Positions 29,668 through 40,047 of a stretch of 50,476 nucleotides of DNA are shown one piece after another (the stretch's first letter is position 1; every line of letters starts with the position of its first letter). Below the pieces are notes generated by a model that was not told where the DNA came from, did no database searches, and saw only the letters and a list, made by a program, of their open reading frames with translations. A program made the position numbers and the translations under genes. Origin of the DNA: Candidatus Gastranaerophilales bacterium (lineage in GTDB: Bacteria; Cyanobacteriota; Vampirovibrionia; Gastranaerophilales; JANQFW01); assembly GCA_028280605.1 (NCBI GenBank), contig JANQLL010000103.1, positions 1-50,476 of the forward strand, read 5' to 3'.

Positions 29668-30024
29668 TTAAGCCAGCTCATCAGGGTTATATCTGCCAAC
29701 TTCTATAACAGTGCCATCTTTTTCATTATTCGCATACGGCTGTAAAAATGTTAACAGCTTTTTTGCCGGAACCTTATAATTATAAATATTAGGAATCTCA
29801 TCCAGCACTACCATAACTTTGACAATATAGTATAATTTTTCCATTCTTTCTTTTATCTTTTGCTCATCAAAATTATGTCTATTTTCATCTTTGTTTATAC
29901 AAACATAGTAGTACCCGTCTTCATTCCTAATAACTTTCTCTTCGCATGTGCAGCAGTTCTTACATACATGCTTTTTATGTTTAGAGAATATATTAACAAC
30001 TTTTTCATGAATATTTTCAGGCAT
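29668..30024 (-). CDS. Hypothetical protein with N-terminal Cys cluster
   Basis: 118-aa ORF, CKNCCTC, AAGG upstream. Confidence 0.7.
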   Translation of the reverse strand: MPENIHEKVVNIFSKHKKHVCKNCCTCEEKVIRNEDGYYYVCINKDENRHNFDEQKIKERMEKLYYIVKVMVVLDEIPNIYNYKVPAKKLLTFLQPYANNEKDGTVIEVGRYNPDELA

Positions 30025-30155
30025 AAATAAAAAACCTTTTTAACTTATTCAGCTACCTCAATAAATTTTTATTATTTTATTTACTTCTTATTTTATAGTA
30101 TAAACCTGCAAATGTATATATTCTTAAAAAAAATAATTTTAAAATCGTTAAAAAG

Positions 30156-30182
30156 AAAAAAACCACCTTTGCAGGTGGCTAG
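30156..30182 (-). terminator. Intrinsic terminator of 30264..31961
   Basis: Minus strand GCCACCTGCAAAGGTGGTTTTTTT. Confidence 0.75.
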
Positions 30183-30263
30183 TTGCTTCTGGGGGGAAGT
30201 TACTTCTTTTTATAATTTTGGGTTTTTATTTTATATTGCGCCTTTTTTTAAATTTTATTGTTT

Positions 30264-31961
30264 TTATTGGGCAACTTCTTGCCCTGGTCTGTAAGCCGGA
30301 ATTTTCCAAGACTCTTGACCTTGATCTTGAGGGGAATTTACAATTTTTTGAGCAACTGCATTATCTTGTGGTATGCTATCAGCTAGAACCGCTACAGCTT
30401 TTTGAGCTGTGTCTTTTAATGTAGCTAATGCTTGTTGCGCATTAGGATCTTTTGCACTCTTCATAGAGCTATCAGCATTAACTATTTCAGAGTTAAATAA
30501 TTTTGCGTACTTTTGAGCATCTTGAGGTTGGGCAATTGTCATTAATGCATCAATAGCAGTTATTTTTACTCCAGGGTCTACATCTTGCTTAAGTGCTATT
30601 TCAAATATAGTAGATAATGGATCATGATCTTTAGGTGTTGCTAAGTATTTAAGTGCACTTATGCCTGCAGCTCTAATGGTAGGATCTGCATCATTTTTTA
30701 CATTGTTAACGATTGATACAATTTCAGGGAGTTCGTTCAATGAGAGATCTTGAATTCCTTGTTTTTGCGCTTCTTCATTCATTGATTCTCTGAAGTTTTT
30801 CATCAATATTGCTAATGTCCACATACCAATCATTTTATTTACATGATCTTTTTCTCTTACATCTTTTTGTTCAGGAGTTTCATTTGGTTTTGGATTTGTA
30901 TCTTTAGTTACAATATCATGTAAGGATTTAAATACTTTTTCATTCAGCAATGCTTCTGATTCTTTGGATTTAACCTGACCTAACTCTGCAATTTTTTGGA
31001 TACCAACTGTTTTTTCATCAGCATCTTCAGATGTTAACAAATTAACTATTTTATCAACATCCATTGCCTCCTCTGTTTGTAAACTATTTGCCTTTGCTGT
31101 TTCATCTATTTGAGCAGCTTGTTGTGTAGGTGGTTGTACCACTTGTTGTTGAGATGAAATTTCAGTTGGAACTGGTGCCGGAGGTGCTGGAATATTTACA
31201 CTCGGTGTTGCTACTTGAGGTGTTATTTGTCCTGCTTGAGTTCCGTCTATAGTTGCTATTGGAGGTGAGCTAAGTGTTGGTTCAGGCGTAGCAGGTACTA
31301 TTTGAGAACTAGCCTGTCCAACTTGTGACTCCCCCGGGCTAGGGATAGGTGGTGGAGTTAATACAGCTTGCTGGCTTACTGGCTGAGGTTGTGCAGGTAC
31401 TATTTGTGGACCTGATTGTACCAAAGTAGGACCAACAATGTTAGGTATAGTTGGTGTTACTAGACTTCCTTGTTGTTGAGGAGTCATTGTTGAAGCCCCA
31501 TGAGCAAATGGAAAAGTTGTTGCAATATTGCTCATTTTGTCTTGAACAGAGCTCATTTGTTTTTGCAACATTTCAAGGGTTTGCTGTAACTTAGGATCAA
31601 TCTGTTGTTGTGCAGTTGCAGCAGGTAATCCGCTCATTGTTGCTTGTGGCATATTATATTGAGAAGCAGTAGGAGGTTGTCCGTATATTGACCCCTGTAC
31701 TATATTATATGGTTGAGCAATAGGAGGCTGTCCGTACATTAGTCCTTGCTGTATATTATTTTGTGAAGCAATAGGAGGTTGTCCATATATTGAACTCTGT
31801 GGCATTCCATACATAGGAGCATATGGAGATGCACTTAGGTAATTACTATCTGGAGTTTGGTGGTTCACCTTAGGCTCAATAATATCGATGTTCACCGCCG
31901 ATATTTTTGTCGGAGGCGACATAGTTGCCATAGGCATTCCTGTTCTTATTGGTGAATACAT
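30264..31961 (-). CDS. Q/P-rich protein with C-terminal HEAT-like repeats
   Basis: Three 17-aa YGQPP repeats, disordered middle, DADPTIRAAGISAL / DVDPGVKITAIDAL. Confidence 0.85.
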   Translation of the reverse strand: MYSPIRTGMPMATMSPPTKISAVNIDIIEPKVNHQTPDSNYLSASPYAPMYGMPQSSIYGQPPIASQNNIQQGLMYGQPPIAQPYNIVQGSIYGQPPTASQYNMPQATMSGLPAATAQQQIDPKLQQTLEMLQKQMSSVQDKMSNIATTFPFAHGASTMTPQQQGSLVTPTIPNIVGPTLVQSGPQIVPAQPQPVSQQAVLTPPPIPSPGESQVGQASSQIVPATPEPTLSSPPIATIDGTQAGQITPQVATPSVNIPAPPAPVPTEISSQQQVVQPPTQQAAQIDETAKANSLQTEEAMDVDKIVNLLTSEDADEKTVGIQKIAELGQVKSKESEALLNEKVFKSLHDIVTKDTNPKPNETPEQKDVREKDHVNKMIGMWTLAILMKNFRESMNEEAQKQGIQDLSLNELPEIVSIVNNVKNDADPTIRAAGISALKYLATPKDHDPLSTIFEIALKQDVDPGVKITAIDALMTIAQPQDAQKYAKLFNSEIVNADSSMKSAKDPNAQQALATLKDTAQKAVAVLADSIPQDNAVAQKIVNSPQDQGQESWKIPAYRPGQEVAQ

Positions 31962-32079
31962 GCTTGTCCTTCCCCTTAAATTTTCGTCTAATCCAATTCC
32001 TATTTTAACTATTTATAAAAAGTTAAAACACATTTTTTGTTGCTAATTTTTTTTTGAATATTAAGTTTTTTTAAGAAAA

Positions 32080-32541
32080 TTAATCTATATAATTTCTTTT
32101 ACCAATTCCAAAAACTTCTGTACCTATTGTTTTTGCTCCAAATAAGCCTAAGAGTACAGCACTTACTTTAGAAACAATTGGCCCAAATCTTTGTCCGGCT
32201 ATTTTTTCACCACAAATTGCTCCCAATGATAATCCTATAGGTATAAGGTTTTTACCAATAGAACTAATCATTGAAAAGAATATATTCTTAACAGTGAAAA
32301 AGTCAGATAGGGCTCCGCTTTGTAAAACGGAATTTTGATACCAGCCCTTCATTCTGTCTAACATCGGACTTTCTCTATTTGAATAAGTATTGTTTACAAC
32401 TACCTTTGTGCAGTAATTGCCAATATCAATATTAGCTCGGTCTTTACCATTCCTGACACCATTGCTAATGGTGTCATAGCCAATAGCTAATATAGAAGCG
32501 GCACCTACGGCTTTGGCTACATTGCCGTAATTAAAATTCAT
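32080..32541 (-). CDS. Hypothetical membrane protein
   Basis: AGGAGG RBS, hydrophobic helices, between two paralogous Q/P-rich genes. Confidence 0.75.
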   Translation of the reverse strand: MNFNYGNVAKAVGAASILAIGYDTISNGVRNGKDRANIDIGNYCTKVVVNNTYSNRESPMLDRMKGWYQNSVLQSGALSDFFTVKNIFFSMISSIGKNLIPIGLSLGAICGEKIAGQRFGPIVSKVSAVLLGLFGAKTIGTEVFGIGKRNYID

Positions 32542-32553
32542 AAGATCCCCTCC

Positions 32554-34176
32554 TTATCTTGACATTAAGTTTAAATTTTGCCCTGTTTGAGATTGGGGAC
32601 TTTGTAATTGTGGATTTTGCATAGATTGCTCGGGTCTGTAAGACTTTATTGACCAATCCTGTGGTCCTGGCTGTTGAGGCGGAGGCATCTTTTCATAAAA
32701 TGCTTCAGGATTAAAATTCTGCTCTAATGGAGGTCCTTGCATTTGTGGATTTTGTAAACCCTGCGCTGGTGGCATTTGAGGATTAAATCCCGGAGCTAAG
32801 GGTTGAGCTGGAATTGCCTGTTGGTCAAATCCTTGTTCAATTGGTTCTTCCATTACACTTGATTCGCCCATTCGTTTGAGTAAGAGACTATTAGCGGTTT
32901 GTGCATCTTGGTTGAATGCTTTATTGGATTTTTGCATGTCTTTTAGTATCTTGATTGTTAAATCGTCACCATCCGCATAATCTCCGTACAGAATAGATAA
33001 GGCAAGTGTTCTATTTACCATAGATCTATCTCTTAATGCTTTATTTATCAGGTTTGTTAGCGCAGGGTCATCTCTTAGAGTTTTATCTTTTTTCAATTGC
33101 TTTAATATTTCTTTGATTGCAGTTTGCCTAACATCAGCATTAGGATTATTTAAATAATTCTCCAAACTTTTTATATACTCATCGGATAGATGAGTTTTTG
33201 TCATAGGCGGTTGAGGCTTATGTCTTTTTGCAGCATTAGGCGGTCCGCTGTCTTGAGGTGGCTGAATATTTTGAGCCCCCGGTGGAGGTTCTTGCATTTG
33301 ATCTTGAGGCATTTGTGGAGTCATTTCACTTGGTTGCTGCAATGATTGAGTTGCTAATGGCTCTTCTTTTTGTTCTTGCGCAGCAGGTGAACCTTGCCCT
33401 AAACCCTGAGCCGGCAAAGCAGTTTGTTGTTGTTGTTGTTGCATGCGGTTGCAATTACATCCGCCATTACAGCAACAGCAATTAGACATTGGCATAGGCA
33501 TAGGTATGTATTGAGGTATTATCATTGGATACATCATTGGATATAGTGGTGGTTGTTGCACTGCTGGTTGAGGTGCGGTACTTGTTTGTGGTGGTGTAGA
33601 AATAAAATACTGATTATAAGCAGGTCCTTCGGACTGAGGTGCAGAATTTGCAGCTCCAACCTGTTGTTGTGGTATCGCAGTCGATAATGCATATTGACTA
33701 CCGACTGGTATCTGATACATCGATGCAGCTGGTGTAGTTAAAATTTGTGATTGTGACAATGCTGCAGATGGTAGGCTACCAATTGGCATTTGATACTGCG
33801 GTACAGCCGGTGCAGTTAAAATTTGTGATTGCGGTAACGCTGCGGATGGCAGACTACCTATTGGAACCTGATATGCTGGTAATGTTGCAGGCTGCATTGT
33901 ATATTGATTATAGACGGGCTTTTGCGTAACTGTTTGTGGAATATAATATTGATTGTAAACAGGTTGTCCTGCTCCTCCCACCGCAACAGGCATCATTCCT
34001 CCTTGCTGTCCAGCTGTAGGCATTAATTGATATTGCGGATAGTTATAACCTTGTGAATTATATTGATTATTATCTGCACATGGAGGCAGATTTACTGTTG
34101 GATTGTGAATTTTAATTTCTACAGCTCCAACACTTGGCTTATACGCCGCTGTTTTATTTTGCACGCTTTGTTCCAT
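32554..34176 (-). CDS. Q/P-rich protein with HEAT-like domain, paralog of 30264..31961
   Basis: 26-aa tandem repeats (YQxPIGSLPSAAL), CCCCNGGCNC, LNNPNADVRQTAIKE. Confidence 0.85.
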   Translation of the reverse strand: MEQSVQNKTAAYKPSVGAVEIKIHNPTVNLPPCADNNQYNSQGYNYPQYQLMPTAGQQGGMMPVAVGGAGQPVYNQYYIPQTVTQKPVYNQYTMQPATLPAYQVPIGSLPSAALPQSQILTAPAVPQYQMPIGSLPSAALSQSQILTTPAASMYQIPVGSQYALSTAIPQQQVGAANSAPQSEGPAYNQYFISTPPQTSTAPQPAVQQPPLYPMMYPMIIPQYIPMPMPMSNCCCCNGGCNCNRMQQQQQQTALPAQGLGQGSPAAQEQKEEPLATQSLQQPSEMTPQMPQDQMQEPPPGAQNIQPPQDSGPPNAAKRHKPQPPMTKTHLSDEYIKSLENYLNNPNADVRQTAIKEILKQLKKDKTLRDDPALTNLINKALRDRSMVNRTLALSILYGDYADGDDLTIKILKDMQKSNKAFNQDAQTANSLLLKRMGESSVMEEPIEQGFDQQAIPAQPLAPGFNPQMPPAQGLQNPQMQGPPLEQNFNPEAFYEKMPPPQQPGPQDWSIKSYRPEQSMQNPQLQSPQSQTGQNLNLMSR

Positions 34177-34294
34177 TTACTTCCCCAAATTTTTCATTAT
34201 ACATTCCCACTATATAAATAAACAATCAAAGTTCTTATTTTTTGCTCAATTTTTAACAATTAATTAAGTTTTATAAACCTTAGTTACAGCTAAT

Positions 34295-34350
34295 AAAAAA
34301 AAATAAGAAATCATCCTCTTTAGGTAGTACAAAAAATAGAGAGGATGATT
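34295..34350 (-). terminator. Probable terminator downstream of 34414..36945
   Basis: AATCATCCTCT...AGAGGATGATT inverted repeat followed by a T-run on the minus strand. Confidence 0.5.
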
Positions 34351-34413
34351 GTTATGAACTAATCAAAAGCAATATTCATAGTTATTGTTGAACAAAAACT
34401 ATAAAAAATACAC

Positions 34414-36945
34414 TTAAGGCCTGTTTTCTTCAATATATTTTTTATAGGCAACGCATTTTTCTTTGTCCATAATCCCCTTACAATCATTGGGGCTATTTAA
34501 AAGCATATTTTTCAGTTCTTTTTTATCTTTATCTTTATATTCTTTTTTGCCTTTTATTAGGCATTCTTCAGTACTAAAATGTTCACAAAAGTTAAAGAAA
34601 TCTTTAAATAATAAAAAAGCTTCATTATTTTTATCTTTAAAAAGTTCAATGTTATCTATGTAAAAATCAGTTAGTTCTTCACAAGCATAATTATTGTATG
34701 CAGGATATTCATAAGTAGAGAAGACTTCAAGGCTATTTTTGAATGCAAATATAGTATTTTCAACATGTTTTATTTTTTCATTATGGCATTTGGCATAATG
34801 TACTTTAGCTTTGAATAATTTCGCTAAATACTTTTGTATTCTGCCATAATAAATAAAATTATCTGTTTTTGCTGCTATTTCAGAAGCTTTTAATAATTTT
34901 TCTTTTGCGTGCTCAAAATCATCTTTATATTTTTTTGTATCCAATTTAAACAAAAGGAAGTGAACTTTTCCTAAATCAATCAAGTTTCTTAAATATATTA
35001 GTTTATCTATCTCATAATTACTTTTATCTTCTTTTAAACTTTGTTTGTTTGTATCTGATTTATGTGAATAATTACTTTCATTTTCTTGTTTGCTTGTATT
35101 GGGGCTATATGAAGGTTTAGTTAAATGTTGAAACGCAATTCCGTGGGATTTAATAGCAGACTTGTATAATGAAGCTGCTTTTTCAGTATTTTTCTTAGAT
35201 TCTTCAAATTTACCTTTTTCCGCATAGTATATGCCTAAATTATCATAATGGGTTATACAATTTTGCCAGCGCTGTTCTATATTTAACAAAAATCTAGCCC
35301 GTTTAAAAGCTAAATCAATAATAATTGTTGCTTTATCATACTCGTCATTGTCTTTATCTTTTTTAAGCTTTTTAAGGTATCTTACTTCATTAAGAGCAAT
35401 TCCATGATAAACCTCTACCATTTCCTTGCAAAGCTTTTCTAAAAAATTATCTAGGTCTGGCCTACTTTCTAGTTTGTTCTTATCTCCCATAGGAGTTACA
35501 TTGTCAATATATACAAACTTTGCTTTTATATGCTTATATTCATTTTCAAGAGCTTTAGCAATTGGACTTTTGTCATTTTTATTTTTTTCTATCCAATCCC
35601 ACATGTAAAAGCCATCTTTATTATCTTCAGAATAAGAAGAATAATAAATTAATTTTCTTAATACTTCTTTTAATGAATTCAAGTTATTATTTGGTTTTAA
35701 TAACTCATTAATTTTTTTATCTTCCAAATATTTTTCCTCTTGAAGATTCAAGTAATCTTTCAAGACCTTTTTGCCAGAATTATCAGCGTTATCATCAAAG
35801 TTCTCCGATACTACCTCTAAGTACTTGAAATAAAATCCTTTAGGCTTTTTTTCTTCATTATTTAAATTGTTAGATTTATCAACTAATTTGTAAAATTTAT
35901 CACCGAAGTTATCTGATATTACATCTAAAGACTTTAAGTAGAGTTTTTGAGTCTTTTCACAATTTTTTTTAAATAATTTCAAGATCTTTTCTTCATTATT
36001 TTCTTCACTGACTTCAATTCGGCATAAGCGGTTTAACTCATGCTCTACCCTACCGCATAACCTATAGTACTTGACTTTTTCTAAGATGAAGCCATAACAA
36101 TTATTGACTTTAATGCAATTAGAATTTTTAGAATCTTTGGTTAAATCTAAAAGGTCGTTTACCCAGTCGAGATTTCTTTTAGCTTTTGCTAGATAAGTAT
36201 TCTTATTTGTATAACTAGAGAGTTTTACCAAGGTTTCAATCCAGGAATTAAAGAAAAACATGTACCTTAAAGCTATTCTAATAGCGTCTTTTTCATTACT
36301 AGAGTTTAGATTAGCTTTAAGATGTTCTATAAGACCTTCAGGATTAAGCTTTTTGGTTTTATTGCTTAATAAAAGCCTATCAAAGATTTCTTCATAAATT
36401 TCTTCAACCCTTTTAAGATTCCTAAGCTCATTATCAATATTTGAAAGCTGTTGCGTGCTTTTGCCAAAGACTTGAAGATTTCCTATAAAAGCTGAGTCAA
36501 TTGTTGAGGAGATATCTTTTTGTTCTAACTTGTCAAATAAATCCTTAAAAAGATCTTCAGAGATTTTCAAGGATTGATCATAAAATCCATCATCATAAAG
36601 CCTTTCAGCAAATTCAACTGTGTTTTTAAGCTTTTTAGACAGGCTGTCTTTTTCTAATCGGCTTTTTACAATATCAGTGGTAAATAAGGCTAATATTGCT
36701 AAAAATATACCGGTTAACGCCCCTTCTGAAAAATTTTTACTGGTGATCTGATCATTTGTGAGTACAATGATTGATATGAAAATAGTTGAAATCGTAATGA
36801 CTGTTGACAAGATATTTGTTCTTAGTTTGTATTTAAAAAAAAGCCTAAATATAGATACAATTAGTAAGATTAAGAAAAATGATTCAAAGCCATCAAATTT
36901 CGAGAAGAAATCGGGAAGAATATTCATCAGATAAAGTTTTGTCAT
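34414..36945 (-). CDS. Large membrane-anchored helical/TPR-like protein
   Basis: Three N-terminal TM segments; TPR-like YDNLGIYYAEKG, LIDLGKVHF; GGAGG RBS. Confidence 0.75.
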   Translation of the reverse strand: MTKLYLMNILPDFFSKFDGFESFFLILLIVSIFRLFFKYKLRTNILSTVITISTIFISIIVLTNDQITSKNFSEGALTGIFLAILALFTTDIVKSRLEKDSLSKKLKNTVEFAERLYDDGFYDQSLKISEDLFKDLFDKLEQKDISSTIDSAFIGNLQVFGKSTQQLSNIDNELRNLKRVEEIYEEIFDRLLLSNKTKKLNPEGLIEHLKANLNSSNEKDAIRIALRYMFFFNSWIETLVKLSSYTNKNTYLAKAKRNLDWVNDLLDLTKDSKNSNCIKVNNCYGFILEKVKYYRLCGRVEHELNRLCRIEVSEENNEEKILKLFKKNCEKTQKLYLKSLDVISDNFGDKFYKLVDKSNNLNNEEKKPKGFYFKYLEVVSENFDDNADNSGKKVLKDYLNLQEEKYLEDKKINELLKPNNNLNSLKEVLRKLIYYSSYSEDNKDGFYMWDWIEKNKNDKSPIAKALENEYKHIKAKFVYIDNVTPMGDKNKLESRPDLDNFLEKLCKEMVEVYHGIALNEVRYLKKLKKDKDNDEYDKATIIIDLAFKRARFLLNIEQRWQNCITHYDNLGIYYAEKGKFEESKKNTEKAASLYKSAIKSHGIAFQHLTKPSYSPNTSKQENESNYSHKSDTNKQSLKEDKSNYEIDKLIYLRNLIDLGKVHFLLFKLDTKKYKDDFEHAKEKLLKASEIAAKTDNFIYYGRIQKYLAKLFKAKVHYAKCHNEKIKHVENTIFAFKNSLEVFSTYEYPAYNNYACEELTDFYIDNIELFKDKNNEAFLLFKDFFNFCEHFSTEECLIKGKKEYKDKDKKELKNMLLNSPNDCKGIMDKEKCVAYKKYIEENRP

Positions 36946-37172
36946 AAAAGCACCTCCAGGTTAAAAATAACTTTGATAATTGTTAAGTTTATTATTTAAC
37001 CTCAAGTGCTTTCATTGCTGTAAACGGCTATTTTTCTTTTAAATTAATTGCCTCTTACTTACTGTTTTTGTAACAGATTTTTTATCTTTCTACAACTACA
37101 TGAGTAATTTGTTAAAGATTTTTTCAAAATAGGCAGATTAATATATTAAAGAAGTAGAAACTGGAGTTTGTT

Positions 37173-37424
37173 ATGACTGAGAATTTTGTGCCTTATGGAG
37201 GGCTTGCCAACGTTATAAATTCACTAAATTCTGATGAAGAAATAAAGGTTTTTCTAACAAGGTACAAGCAATGGTATATAAAAACGCATAGAATCTCTAA
37301 ACAGGAGGCTGAAAGAAGAGTTGTTTTAGATTTAAATTATTTCTTTTGCAAATTTATACAAAATAAAGAATTAATAAAAAAAATAACCAATATAATGAAT
37401 AAAATATATTCATACCAGATGTAA
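37173..37424 (+). CDS. Hypothetical protein
   Basis: GGAG RBS, 83-aa helical ORF. Confidence 0.65.
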   Translation: MTENFVPYGGLANVINSLNSDEEIKVFLTRYKQWYIKTHRISKQEAERRVVLDLNYFFCKFIQNKELIKKITNIMNKIYSYQM

Positions 37425-37539
37425 CACCAGCAGTAGGTTGTATAAGGTGAGGACTATTGCTGAATAAGTATAAACTTATAAATTCTTGGTTTATAATTTT
37501 TATAGCGTAATGAAAGTTTAAGATATTTTAATATTAATT

Positions 37540-37800
37540 ATGAAAAATTTTAGATTATATATATGGCTGGTATTTTTTACATTATGTGTACAGCCTTTAG
37601 CTCTTTCAGGGGAAAAAACTCCTCGTTCGATCTGCACACCGGGAATATGTAACTCTGCAATGTATGTATTTCCTCCTTTAAAAAGTGAAAAACGCTATAT
37701 TCTATGGCCCGCAAATGCTAATTTTTTAGAAAAAATGCACGTTTATAAGGGCATTGCCAAGGAAATTAAACAAAAAAATCCTCAAAAAAGAAAGGATTGA
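37540..37800 (+). CDS. Hypothetical exported protein
   Basis: Signal-peptide-like N-terminus; overlaps next ORF by 4 nt. Confidence 0.5.
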   Translation: MKNFRLYIWLVFFTLCVQPLALSGEKTPRSICTPGICNSAMYVFPPLKSEKRYILWPANANFLEKMHVYKGIAKEIKQKNPQKRKD

Positions 37801-38210
37801 AAATTAATAATAACCTAAAAAATATAGTATTATTAAGTTTACTTATCTTTTTAGTATTTTATTTAACTGCCTCACATTCTCAAACATGGGAGAAGGTAGG
37901 CAATTACAGTAATGGTAGTACTATTTACATTGATAATGACAGCTTAAGATATAATTCAGAATATATTTACTTCAAGGATAAAATAGTTTTACGTAATTCT
38001 ACAGATATGCTAAGAGCTTACGGCGTAGATTATATCACCTATAACAGAACAGTAAATTGTAATACTCAAATGATATTCCTAAATTCAATGACTTTATTCG
38101 ATAAGCGTAACAGATTATTAAAAAAACATTACTATTCTTACCCCGGCTTTGATTTTGCCTATAATGACGTTGTTTATAATAAGTTATATAAAAAGTTATG
38201 TAAATTTTAA
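37797..38210 (+). CDS. Exported protein, surface-adhesin E-like
   Basis: Signal peptide, WEKVG...IYIDNDSL, VNC, C-terminal KKLC. Confidence 0.6.
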   Translation: MKINNNLKNIVLLSLLIFLVFYLTASHSQTWEKVGNYSNGSTIYIDNDSLRYNSEYIYFKDKIVLRNSTDMLRAYGVDYITYNRTVNCNTQMIFLNSMTLFDKRNRLLKKHYYSYPGFDFAYNDVVYNKLYKKLCKF

Positions 38211-38491
38211 AAACATTGCAAATAATAAAAATAACTAGCTTATATCCTTTTAAAATTCATTAATAGAAGCTTTTTTATATTTTTTACTTTCTTTATTGTA
38301 GGTAAAAAAGTTAACTTAAAATAGTTGTAAAATTTTTGATATTTTTATATGCTACAAATATGTATAATATCAAAATTCAATAAGTTAAAAATACTTTTAT
38401 TTAAAAAAAATATGAAAAATTTTATTTTTTAACTGTTAATAAAATAGCTTATAATTATCTTATTGATACGAGTTTATCAGAGCTGGGGAGT

Positions 38492-40045
38492 ATGAAAGAA
38501 CAATTTAAAGATTCTAAGATTCTTATTGTGGATGATGAGCCCATGATTACCCTTAGTTTGAAGAATTTACTTCAACTGGAAGGGAATTATGATGCAATAG
38601 TTTTTAACTCACCTGTTGAAGCTTTAAATTACGCAAAAGAAAGTCGTATAGATTTAGTGGTTTCAGACTTTTTAATGCCTCAAATGAACGGCATAGAGTT
38701 TTTGGCAGAAGTAAAAAAATATCACCCTGATATAAGTTTAATACTTTTAACAGGCTACGCAGACAAAGAAAATGCAATTAATGCAATTAACAAAGTCGGT
38801 CTGTACAGATATATGGAAAAACCATGGCAAAATGACGAACTTTTAATTTGTATAAAAAATGGTCTGGAAAGAAGTCACTTATACGAAAAGTTGCAGCTTA
38901 AAATAAAAGAACTGGACACTGCAAATCAAAAATTAGAAGATTATAATAAAAATCTGGAAGAATTAGTAAAAGAAAAAACAAATTACCTGCAAGACGCCCT
39001 AAACAATTTGGAGTGTGCAAATAACAAGCTGAACGCTACTTTTAACAGTTGCGCAGATGGCATTATTATAACTTCAAAATCAGGTGTGCTTGTGCAATCA
39101 AACCCCGCTTTTGAACGTCTGAGCGGAATTTGGCTTTATAAGGAGCCAAATATTAATTTAACAGATGTTTTTGAAAGTGAAGATATTAACTTAAGTACAG
39201 GTCAGATTTTATTAACAGATTTAAAAATAAAAAATAAAATAACTCAAAAAGTTACCCCAGTAGAGGTGAGTATTGCTCCTATTTTCATTAATAATAATAA
39301 AATAAACGAATCTTATATATGTGTAATAAGAGATATCACCACACAGCAAGAAGCAAACCGGCTAAGGGATGACTTTATCGCAACATTAACACATGACCTG
39401 AAAACTCCTCTACATGCATCAATTCAGACACTGGATTTTTTCCTTGACGGCACAGTCGGTAGTTTGAATGACAAACAACATTTATTGCTGGAAACAATGA
39501 AAAAGAGTAACAAAGACCTGCTATCTCTTGTAAATAATTTATTGCAAGCTTATAAATATGAATCAGGTCAACTTTATTTGTCAAAAGATGAGTTTGAGTT
39601 AAAGGAGTTTATACATAATTGTATTGATGAAGTTGATGCCCTCATAAAGAAAAAAGAAATAAATTTAGTAATAGATGTAAAAGAAAGCGAAAAAATATAT
39701 GCAGACAAACAAGAACTAAAAAGAGTTGTTATAAATTTACTGGGTAATGCAATATCCTATACATCTGAGGATAAAAACATAAATATTTATACGCAGATGG
39801 ATTGCAATTTTATTAATATATTAATAAAAGACGAAGGTGGGGGTATTCCTTCAGAAGATATACCTAAATTATTTAACCGATTTTCGCAAGGCACATCAAA
39901 AAAGAGGTCAACCGGCACAGGACTTGGTTTATTTTTGTCCAGGCAAATAATTGAAGCTCATGGCGGAAATATTAGTTTGGAAAGCGAATACGGTAAGGGG
40001 AGTGTATTTAAATTTAGTTTACCGAGAAAGGTCGTTAAGGTGTAA
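38492..40045 (+). CDS. Hybrid histidine kinase (REC-coiled coil-PAS-HisKA-HATPase)
   Basis: ILIVDDE, SDFLMP, FIATLTHDLKTPL, NLLGNAI, GTGLGL. Confidence 0.93.
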   Translation: MKEQFKDSKILIVDDEPMITLSLKNLLQLEGNYDAIVFNSPVEALNYAKESRIDLVVSDFLMPQMNGIEFLAEVKKYHPDISLILLTGYADKENAINAINKVGLYRYMEKPWQNDELLICIKNGLERSHLYEKLQLKIKELDTANQKLEDYNKNLEELVKEKTNYLQDALNNLECANNKLNATFNSCADGIIITSKSGVLVQSNPAFERLSGIWLYKEPNINLTDVFESEDINLSTGQILLTDLKIKNKITQKVTPVEVSIAPIFINNNKINESYICVIRDITTQQEANRLRDDFIATLTHDLKTPLHASIQTLDFFLDGTVGSLNDKQHLLLETMKKSNKDLLSLVNNLLQAYKYESGQLYLSKDEFELKEFIHNCIDEVDALIKKKEINLVIDVKESEKIYADKQELKRVVINLLGNAISYTSEDKNINIYTQMDCNFINILIKDEGGGIPSEDIPKLFNRFSQGTSKKRSTGTGLGLFLSRQIIEAHGGNISLESEYGKGSVFKFSLPRKVVKV

Positions 40046-40047
40046 AT

